A stretch of DNA of 64,000 nucleotides from Thermoanaerobaculia bacterium. GTDB taxonomy: Bacteria; Acidobacteriota; Thermoanaerobaculia; Multivoradales; JAGPDF01. A program made the position numbers and the translations under genes. The DNA lies in NCBI GenBank assembly GCA_050186295.1, contig JBFWYP010000001.1, forward strand, positions 70,069-134,068, in the 5' to 3' direction. Each line of letters opens with the position of its first letter. The stretch's first letter is position 1. Below, piece by piece: positions 38,135 through 50,944 of this stretch. A model generated the notes under the pieces. The model was not told the origin of the DNA and searched no databases. It worked only from the letters and a program-made list of their open reading frames with translations.

Positions 38135-40714
38135 ATGACAGACGCGTCCACGAAGCTACGCACCCTGCTGGGCGGCGGAGCGCTCGCCCTCTCCCTGTTC
38201 GTTCTCGCCGCCGCGCCGCTCGCGGCCCAGGAAGCCCCGGACGAGAGCGACGCCGACATGCCGCCGTTCGCGACCGGCATCGACAAGGAGGCGTACATGC
38301 GCGCGCGCGCCGAGTACATCTCGTTGCTGCGCGGCGTTCCGACGTTCCAGTCCTACGACGCCCGCGCGCTCGCGATCCAGCAGATGGACGCCGTCGAGAG
38401 GCTCCGCCGGCCCGATGTCGAGATCGGCGCCTGGACCCCGCTCGGGCCCAATCCGATCCCGAACGGACAGGTCGTGACCGGTCCGCAGCTCGCGGTGAGC
38501 GGCCGGGTGAGCGCCATCGCCGTCGACCCGACCGACGAGGACATCGTCTACGTCGGCGCGGCCCAGGGCGGCGTCTACCGCTCGCTCAACGGCGGCACGA
38601 GCTGGACGCAGATCTTCGACGGCGCCGACAGCCTGGCGATCGGCGCCCTCGCCATCGCTCCTTCCTCGCCGACGACCTTGTACGTCGGCACCGGAGAGTC
38701 CGCACTCTCGGCGGACAGCTTCTTCGGCGTCGGTGTCTACCGGATCGACAATGCGACGACGACCGCCGACCTGGTCGGTCCGTTCAATCCCCTGGTGACC
38801 ACCGGCATCGCCAACACGACCGCGTTCACCGGTCGCGCGATCAGCGAGATCCTGGTCCACCCGACACTGCCGGGGACGATCTTCGTCGCCACCACGAGCG
38901 GCACCTCGAGCAACCCTTCGGGCAGCTCCGTGGGCTTCACCGTTCCGCCGCTCGCCATTCGCGGGCTCTACCGCTCGACCGACGCCGACACGGCCAACCC
39001 GTCCTTCACCAAGCTTACGGTGACGACCGCCGGCAGCATCGCGCCCGACGCGAGCGGCGACCGCTCGATCACCGACATCGCGATGGATCCGACCGATCCC
39101 AACACGATGGTCGCCTGGGTCCTCGGCAACGCCGCCGCCGGCGACGGCGGCGTCTATCGCTCCACCAACGCGCTGACGACGGCGACCTTCACCCAGACCT
39201 ACACGACGACGACCAGCTCCTCCCGCGGCGAACTCGCCGGAAACCGGGTAGGCGCGACGATCACCTTCTTCGCCGCCAGCGGCGACGCCAGCAGCGGACA
39301 GCTCCGGAGGTCGACGGACGGCGGAGCGACCTGGAGTGCAGCGCTCACCGCCGCCAACGGCTTCTGCGGCGGGCAGTGCTTCTACGACATCGCGGTCGCG
39401 GTGCATCCGACGAACGCCAACATCCTGAACGTCGGCGGTGCGCCCACCTTCGCCGCCGGGCGCTCGACGGACGGCGGCGCCACCTTCACCTCGAACGCGA
39501 CCTCGGCTTCGGGGGTCCACGGCGACACCCACGTGATCGCCATCGCGACTGCGCTCCCGGCGGTGGTCTATCTCGGCACGGACGGCGGCATCTACCGTTC
39601 GAGCGACAGCGGAATCACCTGGTCGACGCTCAACAACAGCGACTTCTACGCCACGCAGTTCCAGAGTCTCGCCCAGCACCCCACCGACCCGGACTTCCTG
39701 ATCGGCGGCACGCAGGACAACGGCACCGAGTTCCGCATGCCGGGTGGGGCGTGGACCCGCGCCGACTTCGGCGACGGCGGCTACGCACTGATCGACCAGA
39801 ACGCCGCCGACACGACGAACGTCACGATGTACCACACCTACTTCAACCAGACGAACGCCATGGGCTTCGCCCGGGTCACCAACGTGGCGAGCGCCACGGA
39901 AGGGAACTGGACCGGATTCGGCTGCGGCTTCGGCGGCTTCATCGCCAACGGCATCACCTGTACCGCATCCAACATCCTGTTCTACGCGCCGATGGCTCTC
40001 GGTCCAGGCTCCCCCAACACGGTCTACTTCGGCTCGGATCAGCTCTACCGGTCCGCCAACCTCGGCGTCACCATGCCGGCGGTCAGCCAGGTGTTGCAGA
40101 GCGGGCAGCCGATCACGACGATCGCGATCGCGCCGACGAACGACAACGTCCGCATCGTCGGCCTCCGCAACGGCCAGGTCTTCGCTACCACGACGGGCGG
40201 TAACCCGATCCCCAACGTCACGGCGGCCGCCATGCCCGATCCGGATCCCAACGACACCGGCCTGCGCCGCGCGGTGACCCGCGCCGCGATCGACCCGAAG
40301 TCCGCCAACACCGCCTGGGTCGCCTTCGGCGGCTACGGCGTCGCCAGCGGGGAACACATCTGGAAGACCACCAACCTGGCGGCAGGAGCGGCCGGCTGGA
40401 CGGCGGCCGGAGCGGGCATCCCCGACGTGCCGGTAAACGCGCTGGCGATCGATCCCAATGCGACGGCCGTGGTCTACGCCGGCACCGATATCGGCGTCTT
40501 CGCGACCTACGACGGCGGGCTGAACTGGACGCCGTACGGCAGCGGCCTGCCGCGCGTTGCCGTGTTCGACATGGGCGTCTTCGACGGCGGCGCCGCGCTG
40601 CCGATGTTGCGGATCGCGACGCACGGCCGGGGGATCTGGGAGATCGGCGCCGCCGGCATCTTCTCCGACGCCTTCGAGACCGGGAACTTCAACGGCTGGG
40701 ACGGCCACCCGTAG
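38135..40714 (+). CDS. Secreted BNR/Asp-box repeat protein (sortilin/Vps10- or Ycf48-like beta-propeller)
   Basis: Strong SD AGGAGG 7 nt upstream of the ATG at 38135, then a signal peptide. At least five S-x-D-G-G-x-T-W BNR motifs (SLNGGTSWTQI, STDGGATWSAA, STDGGATFTSN, SSDSGITWSTL, TYDGGLNWTPY). Confidence 0.8.
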   Translation: MTDASTKLRTLLGGGALALSLFVLAAAPLAAQEAPDESDADMPPFATGIDKEAYMRARAEYISLLRGVPTFQSYDARALAIQQMDAVERLRRPDVEIGAWTPLGPNPIPNGQVVTGPQLAVSGRVSAIAVDPTDEDIVYVGAAQGGVYRSLNGGTSWTQIFDGADSLAIGALAIAPSSPTTLYVGTGESALSADSFFGVGVYRIDNATTTADLVGPFNPLVTTGIANTTAFTGRAISEILVHPTLPGTIFVATTSGTSSNPSGSSVGFTVPPLAIRGLYRSTDADTANPSFTKLTVTTAGSIAPDASGDRSITDIAMDPTDPNTMVAWVLGNAAAGDGGVYRSTNALTTATFTQTYTTTTSSSRGELAGNRVGATITFFAASGDASSGQLRRSTDGGATWSAALTAANGFCGGQCFYDIAVAVHPTNANILNVGGAPTFAAGRSTDGGATFTSNATSASGVHGDTHVIAIATALPAVVYLGTDGGIYRSSDSGITWSTLNNSDFYATQFQSLAQHPTDPDFLIGGTQDNGTEFRMPGGAWTRADFGDGGYALIDQNAADTTNVTMYHTYFNQTNAMGFARVTNVASATEGNWTGFGCGFGGFIANGITCTASNILFYAPMALGPGSPNTVYFGSDQLYRSANLGVTMPAVSQVLQSGQPITTIAIAPTNDNVRIVGLRNGQVFATTTGGNPIPNVTAAAMPDPDPNDTGLRRAVTRAAIDPKSANTAWVAFGGYGVASGEHIWKTTNLAAGAAGWTAAGAGIPDVPVNALAIDPNATAVVYAGTDIGVFATYDGGLNWTPYGSGLPRVAVFDMGVFDGGAALPMLRIATHGRGIWEIGAAGIFSDAFETGNFNGWDGHP

Positions 40715-40748
40715 GCGCATCCTGCAGGCCTGCTGCTAGCCTGCGCCG

Positions 40749-41996
40749 GTGACGGAGAGCTCCGAACCAGGGTCCCGGACGGCCGAGGTCGCGCTCCTCA
40801 TCCGTCTGGGCCGCGACCTGCACGAGGCGGGGCTCGCCGCGCCGCAGCTCGAGACGGCGCTCGCCCGCGTCGCTTCGCGGCTCGGAATCGTCGCGCAGTT
40901 CTTCTCGACCCCGACGTCGCTCTTCATCGCCTTCGGCGACGGCGCGGGCCAGCGGACCCATCTCGAGCGGGTCTCGCCCGGGGCCATCGATCTCGGACGG
41001 CTGGCCGAGCTCGAGGCGCTCCTCGATCGACTCGCCGGCGGCGAGCTCACCCCGACAGCCGCGGCGACCGAGTTGGACGAGCTCGCTCGCCGGTCGCGGC
41101 GCTATCCGCGCTGGCTCACCGGCGTCTGCTGGGCGTTCGCCTCCGCCACCGCCGCAGTCTTCCTCGGCGGCGCGGCGCGCGAAGTCGTCGTCGCCGGTGC
41201 GATCGGCCTCCTTACCGGAGTCATCGCGTGGCTCGCCGACCGCCGACCCTCCGCCAAGCGCCTGTTCGAACCGTTCGCCGCGGCACTCGCGGCCTTCGGC
41301 GTCGCCACGATCGCCCACGCCTTCCCGCCGGTGTCGGCCTACATCGCCACCGTCGCCGGGCTCATCGTCCTGCTCCCCGGATACACCCTGACGACGGCGC
41401 TCTCGGAGCTCGCGACCCAGCACCTCTCCTCGGGCACCTCCCGTTTCGCCGGAGCGCTCGTCTCCTTCCTCATGCTCGGACTCGGCGTTGCGGTGGGCGG
41501 CAGGATCGCCGAAGCGCTCTGGGGTGGAGTCCCGGGTGTCGTCCCGATCGGCCCGGCGACCTGGCTGCAGGTCGTCGCGCTGCTCCTGGCACCGGTCTCC
41601 CTCGCCGTGATCCTCAAGGCTCCGGCTACGGAGATGCCCTGGATCGCGATCGTCGGGGCGATCGGCTACTTCGGAGGCCGGCTCGGCGTCGAGGCGTTCG
41701 AACCGGCGGTCGGAATGTTCGGCGGGGCGCTGGCCGTCGGGCTCGCTTCGGCGGGCTACTCGCGTCTCCGTCGCCGGCCGTCCTCCGTCACGCTCGTTCC
41801 CGGCATCCTGATGCTCGTGCCGGGCTCGATCGGCTATCGCAGCCTCACGGCCCTCCTCGCGGAAGAGGTGGTGCCGGGGATCGAGACCGCGTTCAAGATG
41901 CTCTTGGTGGCCGCCTCTCTCGTCGCCGGACTGCTCGTCGCGTCGGCGATCACGGTGGAACGGCGCGACCGCAGCGCCCCGCCGCAGTCGACCTGA
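40749..41996 (+). CDS. Threonine/serine exporter family protein (ThrE; fused DUF1212 + DUF3815)
   Basis: 415 aa with an N-terminal cytoplasmic ThrE-like region and a C-terminal 10-TM region; typical ThrE architecture. Confidence 0.8.
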   Translation: MTESSEPGSRTAEVALLIRLGRDLHEAGLAAPQLETALARVASRLGIVAQFFSTPTSLFIAFGDGAGQRTHLERVSPGAIDLGRLAELEALLDRLAGGELTPTAAATELDELARRSRRYPRWLTGVCWAFASATAAVFLGGAAREVVVAGAIGLLTGVIAWLADRRPSAKRLFEPFAAALAAFGVATIAHAFPPVSAYIATVAGLIVLLPGYTLTTALSELATQHLSSGTSRFAGALVSFLMLGLGVAVGGRIAEALWGGVPGVVPIGPATWLQVVALLLAPVSLAVILKAPATEMPWIAIVGAIGYFGGRLGVEAFEPAVGMFGGALAVGLASAGYSRLRRRPSSVTLVPGILMLVPGSIGYRSLTALLAEEVVPGIETAFKMLLVAASLVAGLLVASAITVERRDRSAPPQST

Positions 41997-42018
41997 CGGT
42001 CGACCTCCTTCGCCCTCT

Positions 42019-42552
42019 TCAGCGACCGGCGCGGCGGTAGGTGCCGTCGAAAGCGGTCGTCCAGCTCCCGCCCTCGTCGGTCGAAACCTCCCAGTGCTGT
42101 CGCACCGAGCCGTCCGCGTTCGGAGTCCAGGTGATGCGGTCGATCTGCTGTCCGCCCTTGGGATTCGCGTGACGCCCTTCGAGGACCATGCTGCCGTTGC
42201 GCAGCCCGCCCTCGAGATTCAGCAGACCCCCCTGATTGTCGACCCAGGTCTGATGCCAGACTTTGCGCGACGCATCGTAGACGTTGAAACTCGTACCCGA
42301 GTAGCCCTTCGGCGTCGCATACTCCTCGCGCAGTCCGCAGTCGTCGAAGAGCTTCGTGATCCGGTTCGTTCCGGCGATCCCCTTGGCGGTGGAAACCTCC
42401 CAGTTCCCCAGCCAGAAATCGAACTGCCGATGTTCCGGAGCCGCGCAAGGGCGCGGGGCGGCGGCCGGCGCCGGCGCGGCGGAAGGAGCGGTCTGCCCCA
42501 ACGCAAGGGACGGGATCGCCAGCAGCAGGAGCGTCGTCAAGGTTCCGGTCAT
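42019..42552 (-). CDS. DUF1579-like secreted protein
   Basis: Signal peptide plus an FDFWLGNWE block characteristic of DUF1579; 177 aa. Confidence 0.6.
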   Translation of the reverse strand: MTGTLTTLLLLAIPSLALGQTAPSAAPAPAAAPRPCAAPEHRQFDFWLGNWEVSTAKGIAGTNRITKLFDDCGLREEYATPKGYSGTSFNVYDASRKVWHQTWVDNQGGLLNLEGGLRNGSMVLEGRHANPKGGQQIDRITWTPNADGSVRQHWEVSTDEGGSWTTAFDGTYRRAGR

Positions 42553-42775
42553 CGGTGGTCTCCCATCGGAATGCCGGGTACTACGTGATCCGAGGTCCCC
42601 GGGTTCTCACCGGGGACGGGCGGTCCGTTCGTCGCGACCGAGTTCGCACGGCCGGTCGCACCAAACTGCCACCCATGGCGCAGAATGGCGCGATCGGACT
42701 GCGAACTGCGTTCTGAAGAGCAGGCGGGCGCGGAAGGACCGCGCCAGGCCACCGGATCCGAACGGAGAGAAAGAG

Positions 42776-44134
42776 ATGCCCCGACGTCGCTCGGTTCGCA
42801 GGAACGGCAGGATGCGCCTGCTGGCACCGGTCGTCGCTGGCATCGCCGGCATCGCTGCCATCGCCGGCATGACGGCATGCCGGCCGGGAGCGGGCGATGT
42901 TGCGGCCGATGCCGCCGTGCCGCTCCAGGCCGTTCACGCCCGGAGCCTCCGCGACGTAACGTTCGAACGGACGCCCGAGCGGATCGAGCGCGGGCGCTAC
43001 CTCGCGACTGCGGCAATCGGATGCGTGGTCTGCCACTCCGAGCGCGACCGGAGCCAGCCCGGCGAGCCGCCGCTCGCCGGTCGCGAGTTCGCCGGCCGGA
43101 TCCTTTCCGAGACGCCGGACTCCCGGACGGTGGCGCCGAACCTCACTCCGGACGTCGCGACCGGCGCCGGCTCGTGGAGCGACGACATGCTGGCGCGCGC
43201 CATCCGCGAGGGCGTCGGCCACGACGGACGCGGCCTCGGCGGTCCGATGTGGTGGTGGGCGTTCCGCGACCTCTCCGACGAAGACCTGGCCTCGATCGTC
43301 GTCTACCTGCGTTCGATCCCGCCGGTCCGCCACCAGCTGCCGCCCCGCCGACTTTCCGCGCAGCAGGAGCAGGCCCGCGCCGAAGCGGCGCGACCGCTCT
43401 CCGAGCCGGTACCGGAAGAGGACCTCTCCGACCCCGTCGCGCGCGGCCGCTACCTCCTGGCCATCGCCGACTGCATGGGCTGTCACTCGTCGTGGGAGGC
43501 GCCGAAGATGGCCGGCGCCTTCGCCGGCGGCAATGCGGTGGAGCGCGACGGAACGATCGCCTGGAGCGCGAACATCACGCCCGACCCGCTCGCGCTCGGC
43601 GCCTGGACGCCGGAGATGTTCCGCGCGCGGATCCGGACCGGCCGCGGCGGAACGCTCCACCCGACCATGCCGTGGGTCGCTTACCGGAATCTGAGCGACG
43701 ACGACCTCGACGCCATCTTCGCGGCCCTTCGCGAGGTCGAGCCGGTGACTCACCTCGTCAACAACGTCGAGCCGCCGACGCCCTGCCCGGTCTGCGGCCA
43801 GACGCATCCGGCGGGCGAGCTCAACCGCGTCCCGGTCTTCGAGCGCGTCGACCTCGATCCGGCGACGATCCCGGCGCTCGCCGGGACCTACCGCAACGAG
43901 AAGTACGACCTGACCGTGACGATCCGGATCGTCGAGGAAAAGCTCGTCGCGAGCGAAGGCGGCGCGCCGATCGAGCTCGTCCCGTGCGCCGACGGCTGGT
44001 TCCGCGGTCACGGTCTGGTGGGGCCGTACCGGTTCGAACGCGATGCCGCCGGACGGGTGACCGCCCTCTTCAGCCGCGATCTCGGCCTGACCCGCTACGA
44101 ACCGGTGGCCGAACCTCCCGGCGGAGGGGGTTGA
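42776..44134 (+). CDS. Diheme c-type cytochrome (two CXXCH motifs) with N-terminal signal/anchor
   Basis: I trimmed the track ORF from 42356 to the ATG at 42776, preceded by GGAGAGAAAGAG. Motifs CVVCH and CMGCH, plus an extra CPVC near the C-terminus. Confidence 0.75.
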   Translation: MPRRRSVRRNGRMRLLAPVVAGIAGIAAIAGMTACRPGAGDVAADAAVPLQAVHARSLRDVTFERTPERIERGRYLATAAIGCVVCHSERDRSQPGEPPLAGREFAGRILSETPDSRTVAPNLTPDVATGAGSWSDDMLARAIREGVGHDGRGLGGPMWWWAFRDLSDEDLASIVVYLRSIPPVRHQLPPRRLSAQQEQARAEAARPLSEPVPEEDLSDPVARGRYLLAIADCMGCHSSWEAPKMAGAFAGGNAVERDGTIAWSANITPDPLALGAWTPEMFRARIRTGRGGTLHPTMPWVAYRNLSDDDLDAIFAALREVEPVTHLVNNVEPPTPCPVCGQTHPAGELNRVPVFERVDLDPATIPALAGTYRNEKYDLTVTIRIVEEKLVASEGGAPIELVPCADGWFRGHGLVGPYRFERDAAGRVTALFSRDLGLTRYEPVAEPPGGGG

Positions 44135-44137
44135 CGG

Positions 44138-44643
44138 CTACTCGATTTCGAGCAGCGGATCGCCGCCTTCGACGGCTTCGCCGCTCGTGACGTGGATCTT
44201 CTTCACGGTGCCGGCGCGGTCGGCCTGGATCTCGTTCTGCATCTTCATCGCCTCCAGCACGACGAGCGACTGCCCGGCCTCGACGGCCTCGCCCTCCGCG
44301 ACGCGGATGTCGACCACGCGCCCGGGCATGTAGGCGGTGACGGTCATCTTGCCGCGCTGCCCCGGACCGCCACGCGCCTCTTCCGCCAGGTGGGTCAGCG
44401 GGTCGACGAGCTCGACGTCGAACGAGCGCCCGCGCCAGCCCACGGCATAGCTGCCGTCGCCGTGGCGGAAGACCGCCGTCTCGTGGCTCTCTCCCTCGAC
44501 GAGGAGCGAGATCACGAACGGACCGAGCGAACGGGTGTCGACGTCGAGCTCGCGCTCCGCGATGCGCACCCGGTAGTGGCCGCTGTGGAGGCGCGTCACT
44601 TCCAGGCGCTCGCTGCGGCCGGCGAATCTGGCGACCAGCTGCA
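44138..44643 (-). CDS. Biotin carboxyl carrier (biotinyl/lipoyl) domain protein; possibly the C-terminal part of a frameshifted BC-BT-BCCP alpha subunit
   Basis: The C-terminal 70 aa contain EAMKMQNEI (biotinyl-lysine AMKM). A protein-like 100 aa precedes it. I placed the start at the GTG at 44643, 3 nt after the biotin carboxylase stop. Confidence 0.6.
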
Positions 44644-44646
44644 CGG

Positions 44647-46169
<1,523 letters not shown>

Positions 46170-46173
<4 letters not shown>

Positions 46174-48611
46174 GCAGGCTCCTCGTTCCAGGGCGCGGGG
46201 ATCGTACCATCCGCGCTCCCCGCGCCCGGCCCGCGACCGCCCGCGACGGAACGGGCGACCGCCAGGAGGAGCAGCAGTCCCACCACGACGACACCCATCG
46301 CCAGGTGCAGGGGTCGCCTGCTGATCCAGAACCGGACGCGGTGCGCCCCTGCCGGGACGCGGACGCCGAGCCGCGCGAGCTGCACGATCTCGGTCCGGGC
46401 CGGCGCTCCGTCGATCTCGGCCCGCCAGATCGGCAGATAGGCGCGGCGCAGGAAGAGGACGCTGTCCGAAGCGGCCAGAGCTTCGATCTCGACCTCCTCG
46501 GCAGCCTCGCGGACGATGCGGGCGGTCCCTCCCCCCCCGGAGCCGGTCGCGGTTTCCCCTCCGGCCTCCTCTCCTGCGCCCCCCGCCAGGATCGCCGTCT
46601 GGTGGGGATCGAAGTCGTTCGCGAAGATCGCCTCCATGGCGGCATTCATCTGCGGCGCCCGCACGATCCGCCCGGCGATCTCCACCTCGGCCGCGCGATC
46701 GACGGGCTCGTACACGTGGAGGTCGTTGCCCCACCAGCCCGGATAGCGCGCCAGCTCCCGCACGCGCGGCAACGCTTCCGGGTCGAGCTCGCGGTCGAGC
46801 AGGAGACGATCGACCCCGAGCGCCTCGAGGACGTCGATGCGCCGCGCGTCCGGGAAGCCGCGGAGACCGACGGTCACCGCCTGCGAGAGAAAGCTGTCGA
46901 GACCCTCCGGAGAGATCGCAAGCTCCGTCCGGCGACCATGAAGCACCGCCGTGAACGGGTAGAGCTCCTCCGCCGAGCGGCGCATCAGCCAGCGCAGCCT
47001 GCGGTCCGGGTAGTCGCCGGCAAGCATCGTGCTCGGCCGGAAGAAATCCTGGCTGGCTCCCTGCATCAGGACCGCGTCCTCCGGCACGACCGCGAGTACC
47101 TTCGGCGCCGCGAGGTAGGGGGCGATGTCGTCCATCGGCAGCGCCGGCCTCAGGAGCCAGAGCTGGAAGGCGGTCGCGCAGAAGAGCGCCAGGACTCCGG
47201 AGATCCCGGACCGGTGGCGGGACAGCGCGACGCAGAGGAGAAGCAGTCCGAGGACTCCGAGCGTCAGAAAGGCGACCCCCTGCAGGCGGATCGAGAGCTC
47301 GGCCAGGAGATTCGGCGGGACCTCGGTCGCGAGGAGCGAGGTGACGATCCGACCGAATCCTCGCGGCGCGAGCACCGCCGCGACGAGCGTCGCGAGATAG
47401 CCCGCCGCAATCGTCGCGAGCGCCAGTCCGAGCGGCCTCCTCCGGCCGCGCTCGAACGCCTCCGTGAAGCCGAGACCGGCGAGGAGGCTGGCTCCGAGCG
47501 CCGCAGCCAGCCAGAATTTCTGGGGAAAGCGGAGCGCCTCGCCCAGGGAGGTCCGGACCAGGAGGCGCAGGAGCGGATTGAACTGCCCCAGAGCGAAGAG
47601 GAATCCGAGAGCGATCGCACCCGCCGACCAGAGCTTCGCGCGCCGGCCGTCCTTCGCCAGCAGACCGAGCCCGACGAGAGCCAGCGCCAGAGCTCCCGGC
47701 GCCAGGGTGAAGAAGAGGGGGGGATAGCTGTCGAAGAGCCCGGGTGCGAGGTTCTCCGCGAGATCGGGGCGCCCGAAGAAGAAGGGAAAGAAGAGATCGG
47801 CGAGGTGCTGGAGCCGGAAGCTGCCGAGAAACGGCGGCGCCTCGCCGTTCCACTCGTTGGCCCGGAACGAGAAACCCAGGATGCGGAACGTCTCGACGAG
47901 CTGCGGCGCGGCGAGAAGCGTGCCGGCAGTCAGCGCGAGCAGGAGCCTGGCGTCGAGCAGAGCCCGCCACCTCGACCGGCTGCGGTCGCCCCCGCGCACG
48001 ACGCGCGCAGCCAGGGCGAGCAGCAGCGCGAGCAGGCCAAGCAGCGGTTCTCCGGCGAGAATCAGCAGCGTCCAGAGAAGTCCCGCCGCGACGAGCCCGC
48101 GACGACGGAGTTGCGGCATGTCCGATCCGCTCTCGACGAGCGCCGCTACGAGTGCCGGCGCCAGCGCCGCGCCGGCGACGACGTTGTAGAGATTGAGCGT
48201 GCTGACGAAGTAGCCGGAGGTCGCGTAGCACGCCGCCGTGGCCCAGGCCGACGGGCGCCCGAGCCCCCACGCGCGCCCCATCCAGTAGGCCGCCGCGAGC
48301 GCCACGAAGGCGTGCAGCCAGAAGTGGGCGTTGAAGCTCCAGAACCGTTCGCCGACCAGAGCAAGGAGGTTCGTCGGGTAGAACGGCAGCGCGTTGAGGT
48401 TGCCGGCGAGCGCCTGACCGCCGGCACGGAGCGGATCCACGAGAGGAATCGTTCCCGCGCGCCACGCGTCGACGAGCGAGATCCGCAGAAGGAAGTGGGT
48501 GTGCAGTACGTCGCGGAGGATGAGCGTCTTCCCTCCCGCGATGAGCGACCAGAAAGTCGCCGCGAGGAGCGCCGCCGTCGGCAGCACGTAGAGCGCGACG
48601 AAACGCTTCAT
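46170..48611 (-). CDS. Large polytopic membrane protein, GT-C/YfhO-like putative glycosyltransferase (paralog B)
   Basis: I trimmed the track ORF (to 51644) to the ATG at 48611, which overlaps the upstream paralog's stop as ATGA. 813 aa with a roughly 480 aa multi-TM N-terminus, a soluble C-terminal domain and a terminal TM helix. Confidence 0.8.
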
Positions 48612-50944
48612 GGTCGCAGGTATCCGAGCACGAGGGCGGCGAGGAGCGCGAGCAGTGCGATCCCGCCCGCCAGCTTCTCCGCGAGTCGCGATGTTCCGAT
48701 CACCACTTCCTGGCGTCCGGCCGGAACCTCGACTCCGAGGAGGGCGAGATTCGCCGGCTGCGTCGGCAGGCGAGTGCCGTCGGCGAGCCGCGCCTCGATC
48801 TCCGGAAAGAAGGCGCGCTGGACGACGGCGAGACCTCCCTCCCCTTCGACCGAGAAGCGCAGGCGATCGAAACGCTCGTCGAGGATCCGGATCGTGGCTC
48901 CCGGCGTGTGGCGCACCGGCCGGCTGGCGACCGCCGTGCCGGTCTCCTCCCGCGCGCTCTCCGTGCCGTGGTCGGCCAGGAGGGCGGCGATCGGCGAGTC
49001 GGCGACCACGATCCGCTCCGGCCAGATCACCCGGCCCGCCGAGTCTGAGACGCGGTAGAGCTCGCTGTCCACACCGTAGCGGCGATCTCTGGCGACCGGC
49101 GACCCCGGGGGCGGGTTGCCGTCGTCGTCGCGGCGCACGAACCAGTCGACCCCCTGCCGGCGGAACCAGCGCAGGCGATCCGGCCAGGGGGCCCGCGCCT
49201 GGTACTCCATCAGCAGGGAGCTCAACGGTGAATAGATTCCGTCGAAATCGGGAGCCTGCGGGTAGCGGAGGCCGTGCAGAGCCCCGGTCGCGACGTCGAG
49301 ATCGAGTCGCGCATCCCGCCAGGCGGCGGTTTCCGATTCGAAGGCGCGGCCGCCGCGATTCGACGACGGCGTCGACGGCGGCACGTCCCACAGCAGGACG
49401 ACGTCGGGGTCGTCGCGGAGCATCACGATCCAGGGCGCGGGTGGCGCGAACTCGTCGCGCCGCGCAGTGGTCAGGAGCGGCAGGAGTTGCGCCAGGGCGA
49501 GAAGCTGCGCCGCCAGCACGAGACCCGGGCGGTTCCGCCGCACTCCGATCGCCGCCACAGTGAGCAGCAGCGCCGCGAAGAGCGCCCCGAGGAACCACTG
49601 CGTCTGCTGGGTCGCGGCGACGGCGTGGCTCCGCGCGCCGAGCTCGTGCACGAACCGGTCGCGGATCGGGCCCCGCCCGAACCAGAGTCCGAGCGCTGCG
49701 AGCAGCGCCAGGAGCGCTCCGGCTCCGAGGCTCCGCCGCGACTGCGCGGTGGACGCTTCGTCGCGTTCGCGGAACCAGCGATCGAAGCCCCACCCGGCGA
49801 GCAGGGCGAGTGCCAGGGTCACCCAGAGCAGGAACTTCTGCGAGAAGCGGAAAAGCCCGCCAGTGAGCCGTAGCAGAACCTCTGCCGCCGGTCCGCCCAT
49901 CCAACCGAAGACGAGTCCGGCGACGACGAGCGCCGCCCAGCGCCACCTTCGGTAGGCCGCCAGCGCCGCTGCCAGCCCCACGACTCCACAGTAGAACGAG
50001 TAGATGTACGGTGTCAGCGGAGTCACGCTCGACCAGTAGCCGAAGCGGTCCAGGTTCGACGGCCACCCCCAGGGGAGCGGCAGCAGGAGCTCGAGCCAGC
50101 GGCCCGGCGGGAGCGAGTGCGCCGACACCTGGGCGACCGTGAGCCCGTGCGCGCCACGATAGGTGAAGTCGAGGATCCGCGCCGCGGCGACGATCTGCGG
50201 CGCCGCGATCAGCAGCCCGATCCCGCCGATCACCAGACAGTCGACGACACCGCGACGGAGGCCCCGACGCTCCCACGCCACCAGCAGCATCGGCACCGTG
50301 GCGAGCGCCGCGGTGACCGGCTCTCCGGCGAGGAGCATCATCCCGCAGGCGGCTCCTCCCCAGAGACATCCGCGTCGTCCTCCGCGTGCCACACCCCAGA
50401 GGACGAACGGCAGCCAGGCGACGACGGCGATCAGGTTGTAGAAGGTGAGGAGGGTCAGGACGTAGCCCGACGCGGCGAAGGTCAGCGCCGCGAACGTCGC
50501 CGCCGCGGCACTCTGTCCGAAGGTCCTCGCCAGGAGCCGCATGCCGAGGAACGCCAGGAGCCAGTGCAGGACGTAGTGCGCATTGAAGGCGACCCAGAAC
50601 GGAAGCGCCAGATAGAGCAGATTCCCGGGATAGAACGGCAACGCGTTGGGGTTGCCGGCGAACGGCTGACCGAGCGCCCGCGTGGTGTCGAAGGACGGAA
50701 TCTCGCCGCTCGCGAGTGCCTCGGCCCCGTAGTGCTTGAACGACAGATGGGTGGTGAACACGTCGCGCGCCAGGAGCGTGCGCCCGCCCGTGAGCAGCGG
50801 CCAGGAGAAGAAGAGCCAGGTGATCGCCAGCACGACGAGGAGCCAGCGGTCGACCCGCAGAGCCGGCGCCGGAGCGACCGGCCCGGAACCCGCCCCCGGG
50901 CCGTTCCCGTCGATCGCATCCGGCGCGCTTAGAATACCGGCCAT
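48608..50944 (-). CDS. Large polytopic membrane protein, GT-C/YfhO-like putative glycosyltransferase (paralog A)
   Basis: 778 aa. It shares N-terminal blocks with paralog B (G-x-TLL/I-ARDV..TH, NALPFYP-NLL, FNAH..LH) and the same overall architecture. Confidence 0.8.
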   Translation of the reverse strand: MAGILSAPDAIDGNGPGAGSGPVAPAPALRVDRWLLVVLAITWLFFSWPLLTGGRTLLARDVFTTHLSFKHYGAEALASGEIPSFDTTRALGQPFAGNPNALPFYPGNLLYLALPFWVAFNAHYVLHWLLAFLGMRLLARTFGQSAAAATFAALTFAASGYVLTLLTFYNLIAVVAWLPFVLWGVARGGRRGCLWGGAACGMMLLAGEPVTAALATVPMLLVAWERRGLRRGVVDCLVIGGIGLLIAAPQIVAAARILDFTYRGAHGLTVAQVSAHSLPPGRWLELLLPLPWGWPSNLDRFGYWSSVTPLTPYIYSFYCGVVGLAAALAAYRRWRWAALVVAGLVFGWMGGPAAEVLLRLTGGLFRFSQKFLLWVTLALALLAGWGFDRWFRERDEASTAQSRRSLGAGALLALLAALGLWFGRGPIRDRFVHELGARSHAVAATQQTQWFLGALFAALLLTVAAIGVRRNRPGLVLAAQLLALAQLLPLLTTARRDEFAPPAPWIVMLRDDPDVVLLWDVPPSTPSSNRGGRAFESETAAWRDARLDLDVATGALHGLRYPQAPDFDGIYSPLSSLLMEYQARAPWPDRLRWFRRQGVDWFVRRDDDGNPPPGSPVARDRRYGVDSELYRVSDSAGRVIWPERIVVADSPIAALLADHGTESAREETGTAVASRPVRHTPGATIRILDERFDRLRFSVEGEGGLAVVQRAFFPEIEARLADGTRLPTQPANLALLGVEVPAGRQEVVIGTSRLAEKLAGGIALLALLAALVLGYLRP

